Positions 50,671 through 60,640 are shown, numbered from the stretch's first letter. The stretch: 64,000 bases of DNA from Candidatus Poribacteria bacterium (GCA_965214095.1 OZ243938.1:1408001-1472000), one strand, 5' to 3'. Notes: generated from the sequence alone by a model not told the origin. Numbers and translations are program-made.

Positions 50671-51630
50671 ATGAAACTGACTGATGAACAACATGCAACT
50701 TGGGAACGTGACGGAATTATTGTTGTGCCAGACGTTTTTTCACAAGAGGTCGTTTCTGCTGCATTGGAAGTCGTTGAGCAAAATGCTTATGACGGGTTGT
50801 CATACACTGAATATCGTGCAAAGTGGGATGATAAACCGGATGAACTGAAAGCAGCTTATGAAAAGAACAATCCGATGAATCGCCTCGCGGGTCCCTTTGC
50901 TAAGATTTCCCACTTTCCAACTGGTTTAGAAGCAGTGGACACCCTTATTGAGAATGAAACTTATCTGAGTATTGCGAAGCAATTGTTAGACACAGAAGAA
51001 ATCCGTATCAGTTATGGACAGATTTTTCTCAGAGAGGGGTTAACGGATTCTCGGTATAGCGAACATCCTTGGCAAGGGTATCACATTGATAACGGGACGA
51101 ATGCTGCTCTACCACCGCATCCTGATTGGCTGCGATACGGATATATCCTCTGCAGTATTATGCTGCACGATGTTGATTTGGATGGGGCACCAATGCTTAT
51201 CTGTCCGGGTTCACAAGACCAATTGGATATTGTATGGGAAAAACATCCCGGTAGTGCCGGTGGACTCGGTATTCCTGACCTGCGTGAGTTTAAGGAGTTG
51301 GGAGACCCCGTTCCTCTCACTGCAAAAGCGGGAAGTGCGATTTATCGGTCAAGTTATATAGTGCATGCTGCACAACCGTTTGCGAACAGAAGCAAACAAC
51401 GAGTTTGGATGGGGTATCACTTCCACCGCGCTGACAATGCCGATTGGTGCAACACGACACGTCCGATTCCCAGGTCAAGTCCACACTATATGAAGTTTGT
51501 TACGCAAACAACTCCTGCTGTGAGAAACGTCTTTGGGTGGCCTGCCGTTGGTGATCTGTACTATACACTGCAGGCATTAGATCGTTTAGCACAAGCATTT
51601 CCGGGTATTGATTTGGAACCGTATAAATAG
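50671..51630 (+). CDS. PhyH family dioxygenase
   Basis: YHID, CPGS and IVHAA; GAGGTG RBS before the ATG at 50671. Confidence 0.8.
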   Translation: MKLTDEQHATWERDGIIVVPDVFSQEVVSAALEVVEQNAYDGLSYTEYRAKWDDKPDELKAAYEKNNPMNRLAGPFAKISHFPTGLEAVDTLIENETYLSIAKQLLDTEEIRISYGQIFLREGLTDSRYSEHPWQGYHIDNGTNAALPPHPDWLRYGYILCSIMLHDVDLDGAPMLICPGSQDQLDIVWEKHPGSAGGLGIPDLREFKELGDPVPLTAKAGSAIYRSSYIVHAAQPFANRSKQRVWMGYHFHRADNADWCNTTRPIPRSSPHYMKFVTQTTPAVRNVFGWPAVGDLYYTLQALDRLAQAFPGIDLEPYK

Positions 51631-51640
51631 AGAATTTATG

Positions 51641-52351
51641 TTATTGCGGACACCACGCCATTACTGTCCCGAAACTTGCGAACATGCTGTTTTCACCACT
51701 CGTTAGGATACGTGAGCCTTGAACAACGACCCTCGCGTCTCTGCTTGTGATTTTGTAACTCACGGGGGCATCTTTTGCAATCAACAGTTCACCGTTTGCG
51801 TCTTTCAGTTTATCCAACCGATAATGCACGGATCTCTGTGCGGGAACATCAAATTCACAGGAAACGTTATCCATTGCAGTATCCTCGTATAGCACTTCTA
51901 ATAGGCACTGCGTATCAATATCTGAGGTATTAGAGACACATATAGATTCATGTGAGAAATACCCGCCGCCTTCGCTCTCCCACCGCTGTTCATCTACTGT
52001 CAATTCTGCCATGTATCCATCCGGCACCACCCAAACGTAAGCACCATCGCCATCAGAAGTACAAAATTTCAGGACATCTTGTATTGCTTCAGTGTTTTCA
52101 GTAATGTCGTCAAGCGAAATCACGAGAAACCTTGAGTAAAATTGTATTCCTTTTGATGGCGTATGTTCTTTTAGTTGTCCTGTTATATTCAAGCATAATC
52201 TGTTTTCATCCAGCATCTCGAGATGACTCACACCTTGAGATGCTAACCAGTCCCCGAACATGTCATTAGCCAGGTTGGTAATAGTGCTAAGATTAGTAAT
52301 TCCTGCCTGTTTGTATTCTCGAATCGTTGCTAACAATATTTCGTATGTCAT
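51641..52351 (-). CDS. Protein with C-terminal sensory rhodopsin transducer (ASRT)-like domain
   Basis: WVVPDGY, SHESICVSN, LYED, VPAQRSVHYRL and VVVQGSR. Confidence 0.65.
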   Translation of the reverse strand: MTYEILLATIREYKQAGITNLSTITNLANDMFGDWLASQGVSHLEMLDENRLCLNITGQLKEHTPSKGIQFYSRFLVISLDDITENTEAIQDVLKFCTSDGDGAYVWVVPDGYMAELTVDEQRWESEGGGYFSHESICVSNTSDIDTQCLLEVLYEDTAMDNVSCEFDVPAQRSVHYRLDKLKDANGELLIAKDAPVSYKITSRDARVVVQGSRILTSGENSMFASFGTVMAWCPQ

Positions 52352-52379
52352 AGGTTTCTCCTTGTAGGTTTTGCTTTTA

Positions 52380-52712
52380 TTATACCATCCATCGTCCATC
52401 AATACCCAGTAGTGCCATTAACACTTGCAATAGGACTATCTCTGCGTTAGGTCCGATAAATTGGCGATGGGTATCAACATAAGTGCCGTAATCTGCTGCC
52501 CACTCACGGAAGTCAGTTTCATATTCCCATCCGTTTGCGGTTTTGCTGAAATTGGAACGGTCGGGATATGGAAGTTTTTGGTTTAATATTTCGTGTAGTT
52601 GTTCAACCGTTGGCATCCATAGGTCTTCGGTGTTTTCTGTAATGGGTTTTAGTGCTTGAATAGTGGGGTGGGTGCACAATTTGAGGTAATGTTTTTTATC
52701 TGATGCGTTCAT
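52380..52712 (-). CDS. Hypothetical protein
   Basis: 110-aa ORF co-oriented with its neighbours. Confidence 0.55.
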   Translation of the reverse strand: MNASDKKHYLKLCTHPTIQALKPITENTEDLWMPTVEQLHEILNQKLPYPDRSNFSKTANGWEYETDFREWAADYGTYVDTHRQFIGPNAEIVLLQVLMALLGIDGRWMV

Positions 52713-52743
52713 AGGATGGTGTAGTTTAAAATCGGTCAGACGA

Positions 52744-53139
52744 TTATGTTATAATCCATTGCTGAATGTGTTTTGCAATTGCGTCAATGTCAGTCATGGA
52801 ACCATCAGCGATTTTTAAACCGAGTTCAATGATTGAATCATCAATGTTTAGACGGAGTACGAAACCGTTAAATTCCAAAAATAGGAGTGCAGACTTCATA
52901 CCAATCCGTTTGTTACCGTCTATAAATACATGCCCCGTAATAATATGATGTGCATATACAGCAGCTTTTTGGAATAGAGACGGAAATAGTTCAATATCAC
53001 CAAATTTCGCATCAACAACTTCAATTAGATAATTTAATTGATTCACATTTAATATCTGATAATTACCGACATGTTTTTCTGCGATTGCCAGAGTTTCAGG
53101 AATAGTCAAATATCTGAAATGTTTCCGAGTGTTTTCCAT
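52744..53139 (-). CDS. Fic/Doc family toxin
   Basis: KAAVY...HVFIDGNKRIG. Confidence 0.88.
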   Translation of the reverse strand: MENTRKHFRYLTIPETLAIAEKHVGNYQILNVNQLNYLIEVVDAKFGDIELFPSLFQKAAVYAHHIITGHVFIDGNKRIGMKSALLFLEFNGFVLRLNIDDSIIELGLKIADGSMTDIDAIAKHIQQWIIT

Positions 53140-53408
53140 GCGCGGTCGTAGCGGTGTAGTAATTCGTCTATAGCTGTATTGATATTTATCCCGATTTCAC
53201 TGGCAGTTTTCATGTCTGATTTTGCTTTTTCCTCTTCTCCAATTTGTAACCATGCTTTGCTGCGGCAATAATAGGCATCAGCGTAATCAGGTTTTAGTTT
53301 TATCGCTTGGGTATAGTCTTCTATGGCAAGTTCTATCTGACCTTTTTCGCTATTTTCTATACCGCTATTGAAATACTTTTCAGCAAGCTCTTGATTTTGA
53401 TCTTCCAT
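53106..53408 (-). CDS. TPR protein with antitoxin-like C-terminal helix
   Basis: AIEDYTQAIKLKPDYADAYY TPR; ends IDELLHRYDRAWKTLG; overlaps doc. Confidence 0.7.
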   Translation of the reverse strand: MEDQNQELAEKYFNSGIENSEKGQIELAIEDYTQAIKLKPDYADAYYCRSKAWLQIGEEEKAKSDMKTASEIGININTAIDELLHRYDRAWKTLGNISDI

Positions 53409-53432
53409 GGGTTTTTCCTGCTAAGTTTGTTT

Positions 53433-53572
53433 TTATAACTAAAACCATAATTATTTACACACGACGGTAGGTTCGGTTTCCTAACCGAACCGGTGTTTGT
53501 TCTGTCTCATAGATGCGGTTAGGAAACCACATCTACCGGGGAGTGTGCACGTATTTTTACATTTCACTATAA
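53433..53572. mobile_element. 140-bp REPIN/MITE-like element (second full copy)
   Basis: Near-identical to 37606-37745. Confidence 0.8.
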
Positions 53573-53630
53573 GATAATAATAACATACATTAAGGACATA
53601 TTCAACTGAATTTCAAAACTTCAAATCATA

Positions 53631-53760
53631 CTTTGCAGAACCAAACTCATAATCCTGAAAATCTACTAATCCCGCAAATCCTGGTTCAGACAAACAGAAA
53701 TACAAACCAATAAGAAAATTAACGTTTGTGAATGATATTGAACAAAAAATCTAAAACTAA
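53631..53760. repeat. Second copy of the 47646-47775 block
   Basis: Shared CTTTGCAGA.CCAAACTCATAATCCTGAAAATCTACTAATCC...GGTTCAGACAAA. Confidence 0.75.
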
Positions 53761-53983
53761 ACAACCCTGTGGTTCTGTAAGCATTTTGGATAATATATTC
53801 TTGAATATCTTACTGAACTCCATTATAATACCATTTCTAATAGAGAACGCCGCATTTTTGTAGCACAAACTGCCAGTTTGTGCCATCCTACAAGACATTC
53901 TTAACAAATTGTTAATGGGATAAACATTTATAGAAATGGTATAATTACCATCATAACATAAGACGTAGCAAAGCGAGAAAACA

Positions 53984-54814
53984 ATGAAACTTAGCTGCCT
54001 CCCTGTCTCTCTTTATGACGACATCTTCAGTGAAAAAAGTAGTGTTGCAGACTGGATTCGGTTTGGTGCTGAATTGGGTTTGGATGGCGTGGATTTTAGC
54101 ATCAAATTCTTTCCGCACTGGAATGTCCGACTACTGAATTCTGTGTGGATAGCTCTTGCAAGACGCGGTTTAGAGACCTGTATGATTGCGTGTTATTCAG
54201 ATTTTACGCATCCAGACCCTGAACACCGCGCAGGAGAGTTAACTAAACTAAAATCAGACATCACATTGGCAAAGGAATTGGGAGCAAAATTTGTGCGTGT
54301 GACCGCAGGACAAAATCATCCGGGTATTGAACATAAAGAGGCAGTGCGTTGGGTTACTGATGGATTTCGGCATGCCCTTGACGAGGCTGAAAAGCAAGGT
54401 ATCACACTCGCTTATGAGAATCATACAAAAGGTGCACCATGGCAGTATTGGGATTTCTCGCAACCATCAGAGATTTTCTTAGAAATCCTTGATGCATTAT
54501 CGGACACGCCACTCGGTGTCTGCTTTGATACGGCAAACCCGCTCGTGTTGAAAGAAGATGTGTTGGGATTGCTTGATAAAGTGATTGATCGTGTTGTCGT
54601 GCTGCATGTGTTTGACATGCACGAAGCGGGTGAGTTTGAACCTGTGCGTGTCGGCACAGGGGTATCACCGATTCCCCAGATATTTGCCCGTATGCGGCAA
54701 GCCAATTACGACGGTTGGCTTAGCATAGAAGAAGCCAGTCGTCAGGGGAAACAAGGATTTCAAGAAGCTGTCCAATATGTCCGACAAACGTGGGAACAGG
54801 CATCATCCGCGTGA
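53984..54814 (+). CDS. Sugar phosphate isomerase/epimerase TIM barrel
   Basis: LAYENH, CFDTAN and YDGWLSIE. Confidence 0.85.
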   Translation: MKLSCLPVSLYDDIFSEKSSVADWIRFGAELGLDGVDFSIKFFPHWNVRLLNSVWIALARRGLETCMIACYSDFTHPDPEHRAGELTKLKSDITLAKELGAKFVRVTAGQNHPGIEHKEAVRWVTDGFRHALDEAEKQGITLAYENHTKGAPWQYWDFSQPSEIFLEILDALSDTPLGVCFDTANPLVLKEDVLGLLDKVIDRVVVLHVFDMHEAGEFEPVRVGTGVSPIPQIFARMRQANYDGWLSIEEASRQGKQGFQEAVQYVRQTWEQASSA

Positions 54815-55654
54815 TGGTTCACTCATACTTTCTCGTGCTTTCTGTGACAATTCTATCAGATGTCCATCATTTGCCATCACCTGTTCAAGATGTATCTTCC
54901 GTTCCGGTGTTGCAGTGTTCAACATCTTCTCACCATATTTTCGATCAATCCAGAACCGTGCCGAACCTGAAATATATGCCTGTAATGCTTCAATTTTCTC
55001 ATCAGGATAACGTTGACATAGATTCATCGTGAACATACGTCTGCGTGTGCCACCGCCAAATGCTGCATGCTTAGTATTATGATTGAACAGCACAAGGTCA
55101 CCCGGAGTTGTTTCAAAGACTACTGCGGGGACATCTTTACCATGCATTTCCCAAATCTCTTGACTTTTCCCAACTTGCTGGCTCAATCCATCTGCATAGT
55201 TGTCTCCGAACAGATGGCTACCGGGAATGACGCGGAGCGCACCTGAGTCGCGTGTGAGTGGATCGAGATAGAACGCAATTTTGAGGTGCATAGGATCTTC
55301 TAAACGGTGTCCACCGTCTGAATGCCATCCAGTATCGCCTACATAGAAATTGCCATCGCTTCCCATATAGTTAAAATCGTCTCCGAGTAAAGTCTTCGCA
55401 ATTGTCAAAATACGCGGATCATCCAACAATGATGATAACTCCTCGCTTTGATCAATGAATGGTACAATACAGGAACGTGCTGTGCCTTCGTGCGGTTTGC
55501 CGTTATGTCCACCACCACGTTCTTCCCAGACAGTTTCAAATGCATCTTGTATTGCTTCAATCCTGTTTGCCATCAGCTGCGGAAAACTTAGGTAACCAAA
55601 GGTTTTGAAGAAATTAATCTCTGAATCGGTGATAGTATAATCATGTTGATTCAT
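54803..55654 (-). CDS. PhyH family dioxygenase
   Basis: WHSD, LRVIPGSH and FNHNTKH. Confidence 0.88.
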   Translation of the reverse strand: MNQHDYTITDSEINFFKTFGYLSFPQLMANRIEAIQDAFETVWEERGGGHNGKPHEGTARSCIVPFIDQSEELSSLLDDPRILTIAKTLLGDDFNYMGSDGNFYVGDTGWHSDGGHRLEDPMHLKIAFYLDPLTRDSGALRVIPGSHLFGDNYADGLSQQVGKSQEIWEMHGKDVPAVVFETTPGDLVLFNHNTKHAAFGGGTRRRMFTMNLCQRYPDEKIEALQAYISGSARFWIDRKYGEKMLNTATPERKIHLEQVMANDGHLIELSQKARESMSEPSRG

Positions 55655-55728
55655 GACGGATACCTCCTTTAGGCTCTGTTATTTACATCCTATCACACTT
55701 TTTCCTATTCGTCTTTAAAAATCAGCAT

Positions 55729-57123
55729 CTACAAATTCGGTGCGACCATATTACTCGGCACAACAAGTACGTCAAACTCTTCTGCTGTTAGAGCACCTTC
55801 CTCAATTGCAACTTCGCGTAATGTAGATCCATCTCGATGTGCTTTCTGGGCAAGTTTTGCTGCAGCATCGTAGCCAATTTTCGGTGTCAATGCTGTTACC
55901 AACATCAACGATGCTTCCAAATAACCAGCGATTGCCGATCTGTTCGCTTCAATGCCAACCACACAGTGTTCCCGAAACGCATCACATGCGTCCGACAGCA
56001 ACCGAATAGATTGCAGACTGTTGAATGCAATAACAGGCATAAAAACGTTCAGTTCAAAGTTACCAGCACTCCCTGCCAGTGAAATAGTTGTATCGTTGCC
56101 GATTACCTGAGCACAAACCATCGTCATCGCTTCACACTGTGTCGGATTGACTTTGCCGGGCATGATGGAACTTCCGGGTTCATTCTCTGGTAGTATCAAT
56201 TCACCGATACCGCATCGTGGACCGCTCCCTAACAGACGAATATCATTGGCGATCTTATATAAGGAACAGGCAAAACGTTTCAGTGCTCCGCTTGCTGATA
56301 CGAGCGCGTCTCTTGCTCCCATCGCTTCAAACTTGTTTGGTGCACTTATAAACGGGTGACCGGTTCGTTCTGCAATACGAGATGCCATCGCGTCTGCATA
56401 ATCTGGATGTGTGTTCAATCCTGTTCCGACTGCTGTACCACCGATCGGGAGTTCGTAGAGATGATGTAACGTGTTCTGAATCGCTTCCTGTGCGTGTGCC
56501 ACCTGATGTGCATATCCACTGAATACTTGTCCCAATGTCAAAGGTGTTGCATCCATCAAGTGTGTACGACCTGTCTTTACAATATCTGAGAATTCCTCTG
56601 CTTTATCCGCTAATACTTGTTGTAACGCTGCGGCTGCTGGTATCAATCGTTCAACGATCTGCGTAACAACCGCTATGTGAATTGCTGATGGAAAGACATC
56701 ATTCGTTGATTGTGAGCGGTTCACATGGTCATTCGGATGCACAGGGGATTTTATACCGCGGCTTCCACCCGTCAGTTCATTTGCACGGTTCGCTATAACT
56801 TCGTTGATATTCATGTGCGTCTGTGTTCCGCTGCCTGTTTGCCAAATTCGGAGTGGGAACTGGTCTGCAAGTTTTCCATCTGTAACTTCATCTGCAGCAC
56901 GGCAGATAAGTTCTGCTATTTCCGATGTAATCCCTCCGAGTTGGGCATTGACGGTTGCAGCAGCATGTTTTATGATGGCAAGTGCGCGTATGAATGTTGG
57001 TGGAAAATGTTCATCACCGATGTCAAAGTTGATATAGGCGCGTTGGGTCTGTGCACCCCAATATGCCTCCTCTGGAACTTCTACTTCACCTAAACTATCT
57101 TTTTCTATTCGTATGTTCATCAA
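55729..57123 (-). CDS. fumC: Class II fumarate hydratase
   Basis: WGAQTQR, QTGSGT, HPNDHVN and [15 protein letters not shown]. Confidence 0.95.
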   Translation of the reverse strand: MMNIRIEKDSLGEVEVPEEAYWGAQTQRAYINFDIGDEHFPPTFIRALAIIKHAAATVNAQLGGITSEIAELICRAADEVTDGKLADQFPLRIWQTGSGTQTHMNINEVIANRANELTGGSRGIKSPVHPNDHVNRSQSTNDVFPSAIHIAVVTQIVERLIPAAAALQQVLADKAEEFSDIVKTGRTHLMDATPLTLGQVFSGYAHQVAHAQEAIQNTLHHLYELPIGGTAVGTGLNTHPDYADAMASRIAERTGHPFISAPNKFEAMGARDALVSASGALKRFACSLYKIANDIRLLGSGPRCGIGELILPENEPGSSIMPGKVNPTQCEAMTMVCAQVIGNDTTISLAGSAGNFELNVFMPVIAFNSLQSIRLLSDACDAFREHCVVGIEANRSAIAGYLEASLMLVTALTPKIGYDAAAKLAQKAHRDGSTLREVAIEEGALTAEEFDVLVVPSNMVAPNL

Positions 57124-57203
57124 AATCCTCTTTCTAAAATAAATGCATTTTCTGCATTTATTTTAACGCATTAGAATGGACTTGTCAAGCAGTCAATTTT
57201 ATG

Positions 57204-57532
57204 AGGTGTGTAAAGTTTTTGCCACCATAGGCGTTTTCCCCAGGCAGGTAGGTTCGGTTTCCTAACCGAACCTTATGTGTCAATTTAGTGCAAATTAGGC
57301 GTTTTCCCCAGGCCGGTAGGTTCGGTTTCCTAACCGAACCATAGGTGTCAATTTAGTGTAAATTAGGCGTTTCCCCAGGCCGGTAGGTTCGGTTTCCTAA
57401 CCGAACCGGATCCTATACGAGAACCTCTATAAAGGTATTTGGCGCAAACTCGGTTCGGTTAGGAAACCGAACCTACCGCTACTTGGAAGGACGCTAAATT
57501 GACGCTTATGGTGACAAGAACTTAACATACCT
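57204..57532. mobile_element. Nested non-autonomous IS4-ended elements with REP hairpins
   Basis: Three 67-68-bp units; right end 57495-57510 identical to the IS right TIR; outer 22-bp inverted flanks (18/22). Confidence 0.8.
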
Positions 57533-57565
57533 ATATTGAATGGTGTAGGTCACTTGAGAAATTCC

Positions 57566-57594
57566 TTGACATTTCCTTCTTCATTTGGTATCCT
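57566..57594 (+). promoter_or_regulatory. Sigma70 promoter
   Basis: TTGACA-17 nt-TATCCT with TG extension. Confidence 0.55.
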
Positions 57595-57697
57595 TAATTA
57601 TACGTAAGGTATATGTTGAATCGTTCAATATCTTACCAGTCTATTCTTCAGATTTATTTGAATATCATTGGCATAACATATTTTAAAGAGGATTAAA

Positions 57698-58474
57698 ATG
57701 AAATACTTGGCAAATGAATTTAGTAAGTTGGCAAAAATCGTTGGATTGGTCTTAATAGTCGTTGTTTTTCTATCAACGAATGTGTATTCAGCAGACGAAC
57801 TTGTCCTGCACCTCACTTTTGATGAGTTGAGAGGGGACGTTGCAGAGGATATATCCGAGTTCGGTAATGATGTTACTTTTAATGGAAATGTTAAATTGGT
57901 TGACGGGAAGTTTGGCATGGCAATTGATCTTGATGGAAAATCTTGGGGAGAGATCCCTGACGATGATAGTCTTGATATTGTTGACGGTATAACAATTGAA
58001 ATGTGGGCAAAACTCCGTGCAGCCGGTGCTGAGCAAACCGGCGTTGAAAAAGGAACCACTTGGAAAGCGGGTTTGTATACACTTGCACCTTATTATAGAA
58101 ATGGATCAATCCTCCAATTCTTTGATTTACCAGAAAATTGTAATGATGAAAATATAGGTGGCAATATACAGGATGACACCTGGCACTTTATGGCAGGAAC
58201 ATGGGATGGGTCCACAATCAAGTTGTATATTGATGGTGAGATTAGTAAGGAATCTGAATGTAAAGGCACACTCATACCAAACAATGATCCAGTTTTTATC
58301 GGTTCACGTGGTGGCACGCAACGATTTGTCAACGGTGCGCTTGACGAAATAAAAATGTATAACTATGCATTGACCGAAGACGAACTCAAAGCTGATATGG
58401 ATAACCCGCAGACTGCAGATGTTCTACCTCAAGATAAATTAACAACAACCTGGGCACGTATCAAATCAAGATAG
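57698..58474 (+). CDS. Secreted LamG-like jellyroll protein with C-terminal TW tail
   Basis: WHFMAGTWDG...LYIDG, GALDEIKMYN; ends VLPQDKLTTTWARIK. Confidence 0.88.
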   Translation: MKYLANEFSKLAKIVGLVLIVVVFLSTNVYSADELVLHLTFDELRGDVAEDISEFGNDVTFNGNVKLVDGKFGMAIDLDGKSWGEIPDDDSLDIVDGITIEMWAKLRAAGAEQTGVEKGTTWKAGLYTLAPYYRNGSILQFFDLPENCNDENIGGNIQDDTWHFMAGTWDGSTIKLYIDGEISKESECKGTLIPNNDPVFIGSRGGTQRFVNGALDEIKMYNYALTEDELKADMDNPQTADVLPQDKLTTTWARIKSR

Positions 58475-58493
58475 TTCACAACAAAGGTTAATA

Positions 58494-59057
58494 ATGAAGA
58501 GATTAGTTTATTATATAACAATAATTACTGTGTTTCAAATCATAATGGGTTGTGCCATGCTTCCTTTCGGTAAAGGATCGAAAGAGCAAGTTGCAGTCGT
58601 AAAAACTCAAAAAGGCACATTTGTAATTGAGTTTTACCCCGAATCTGCCCCTGTGGCAGTTGATAACTTCAAAAAGTTGATTGACTTAAAGTTTTACGAT
58701 GGATTAACTTTCCATCGTATAGAGAAAACACCTGGGCTGAATGTTGTTCAAGGAGGTTGTCCAGAGGGCAATGGAAGGGGCGGACCCGGTTGGACCATTG
58801 TTGATGAGTACACGAATCCTAATCAACGGAAACATGTCAGAGGCACCGTTGCTATGGCACGTGCAAATTTACCAAATTCATCGGGTAGTCAGTTTTACAT
58901 CTGTTTGAGTCCACAACCTCACCTTGACGGTAGTTATACCACATTCGGCGGTGTTATACAAGGAATGGAGGTCGTTGATACTTTAATTGTCGGCGATGTC
59001 ATGAAGACAATACGTTTGGAGGCTAAGTCGAAATATGTTAAGCAAACAAAGAGTTAA
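58494..59057 (+). CDS. Cyclophilin-type PPIase, lipoprotein
   Basis: FYDGLTFHR, QGG, VAMAR, GSQFYI and HLDGSYTTFG; lipobox IMGC. Confidence 0.92.
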   Translation: MKRLVYYITIITVFQIIMGCAMLPFGKGSKEQVAVVKTQKGTFVIEFYPESAPVAVDNFKKLIDLKFYDGLTFHRIEKTPGLNVVQGGCPEGNGRGGPGWTIVDEYTNPNQRKHVRGTVAMARANLPNSSGSQFYICLSPQPHLDGSYTTFGGVIQGMEVVDTLIVGDVMKTIRLEAKSKYVKQTKS

Positions 59058-59664
59058 CCAATTTCCGATCGCACTCGTAGTTATCGTTTGTCTATCTGTT
59101 ATCATTCTATTCGGTTGTTCGCAACAGGACAAAAAGGCATCTGAAACCAGTACAGAACAATCTGAAACCCAACAGACAGTAATCAAACCAGTTGAAGAAC
59201 CTGAGAAAACAGAGCCAGAACCAGAAGCCAAACCTATGATAGCACCCGCAAACGCAATCGCTGTCATTGAAACGGCTAAAGGTAATATTGAGTTTGAATT
59301 TTATGCAGACGACTCACCACAAGCATCAAAAAACTTTATCAAAAACGCAAGTACGGGTTACTATAGAAGTGAAAAGTTTCATAGAGTTGAGGAGCTTTTA
59401 ATCCAAGGAGGGTCAAGTCTTACAGATGAATCGTTCCCAATTGAGAAAAGTGATCTTCCCCTTGAAAAAGGTTCTGTGGTAATGGTAACAGAAGAAGGAT
59501 CAGACGTTGCTGATGGTGATGAATTCCTTATCTGTAAAGATGCTATAGTAAATGAAGGATGGACTGTTCTCGGCAAAGTTACCAAAGGTTTAGACGTATT
59601 AGATAATATCGTAAAAAATGATACGATATTGAATATCACAATTCGTGAACGCAATGCAGAGTAA
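59035..59664 (+). CDS. Degenerate cyclophilin-like lipoprotein
   Basis: Lipobox LFGC; FHRV and IQGG present, but AMA/GSQF/HLD are lost. Confidence 0.75.
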   Translation: MLSKQRVNQFPIALVVIVCLSVIILFGCSQQDKKASETSTEQSETQQTVIKPVEEPEKTEPEPEAKPMIAPANAIAVIETAKGNIEFEFYADDSPQASKNFIKNASTGYYRSEKFHRVEELLIQGGSSLTDESFPIEKSDLPLEKGSVVMVTEEGSDVADGDEFLICKDAIVNEGWTVLGKVTKGLDVLDNIVKNDTILNITIRERNAE

Positions 59665-59724
59665 ATAAAGTGGGTGGTCTGCTTTTCTACGACCACCCTA
59701 TACTAAGACTGAAAGGAAAAGTGT

Positions 59725-60093
59725 ATGGCATTAACGGTTATTCGGACAGCACGTCCGAGTCCAGTGTGGCAAGAAAGTTATGTAAACGTAAAAAAAGGAC
59801 AACGCCTTGTGATTGATGCCGATGGCGCGTGGTCCCCTGACTTAAAAAATAGAACGGGGTGGTGTGGAGCAGATGGAGTTCCTAAAACCCCCGCAGGGGA
59901 TAGTTATCTCCTACCCGGTGCCAATGTCGGAGCACTCATCGCAAGAATCGGAAGTAGCGTCTTTGCAGTCGGCTCTCGTTACGATAATCCTGCCCCCGCA
60001 GACGGTGTTATTTTCTTGGCTATGAACGAAAGTCCCAACAATAACAACCAAGCGGGAAGTCTACTTGCACAAATAATTATCTTTGATGAATAA
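59725..60093 (+). CDS. LecA/PA-IL-like small beta protein
   Basis: ADGAWS, CGADG, GALIARIG and FLAMNE. Confidence 0.5.
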   Translation: MALTVIRTARPSPVWQESYVNVKKGQRLVIDADGAWSPDLKNRTGWCGADGVPKTPAGDSYLLPGANVGALIARIGSSVFAVGSRYDNPAPADGVIFLAMNESPNNNNQAGSLLAQIIIFDE

Positions 60094-60175
60094 ATCAATT
60101 GATTTGAAAGAAAATTGTCCATAATATGTCGATTGAAACTCAATCGGATCTTTGCGTTTAATGAGGAGATATTAC

Positions 60176-60580
60176 ATGGAAGAAAACACACCACAGGAAG
60201 AAGTTTTACTCCCACCTATTGATTTTAATACTTTTATTACGGATTTAATCACAACTGCGCGTCTCTACCTACATGGATTTAAAAACCCAGAAACCGATGA
60301 CGTTATTGTCAATCTCGGCTTAGCAAAACGAATGATTGATACAATTGAGATGCTTGAAGAAAAAACAGAGGGAAACTTGACTGCACCTGAATCCAATTTC
60401 TTGACAAATTCTCTTTATGAATTGCGGATGGGATATGTCCGCGCCGCTGCTGCTCAAAAGGACGTATCAGAAGTTGAAGAAATAGAAGACGCACCTGTAC
60501 AAGATGCACAGAACGAAGATGTCAATCAAACCGAAACAGAAAATTCTCAAGACGAAAATACAAGTAATAAGTCTGATTAA
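60176..60580 (+). CDS. DUF1844 family protein
   Basis: FNTFI, LAKRMID.IEMLEEKTEGNL and LYELRM. Confidence 0.8.
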   Translation: MEENTPQEEVLLPPIDFNTFITDLITTARLYLHGFKNPETDDVIVNLGLAKRMIDTIEMLEEKTEGNLTAPESNFLTNSLYELRMGYVRAAAAQKDVSEVEEIEDAPVQDAQNEDVNQTETENSQDENTSNKSD

Positions 60581-60603
60581 TCCTACACACGCTGGGTTTA
60601 ACA

Positions 60604-60633
60604 TTGACATTTTCAAACCCAATGATATATAAT
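60604..60633 (+). promoter_or_regulatory. Sigma70 promoter, probably giving a leaderless mRNA
   Basis: TTGACA-18 nt-TATAAT ending 7 nt before the ATG at 60641; no SD. Confidence 0.55.
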
Positions 60634-60640
60634 TTCCAAT

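Noticed and set aside
57231-57407. CRISPR-like array of palindromic repeats with ~67-bp period
   Set aside because: The would-be spacers are nearly identical to each other and match IS4 ends. The palindrome is a dispersed REP and no cas genes are present.
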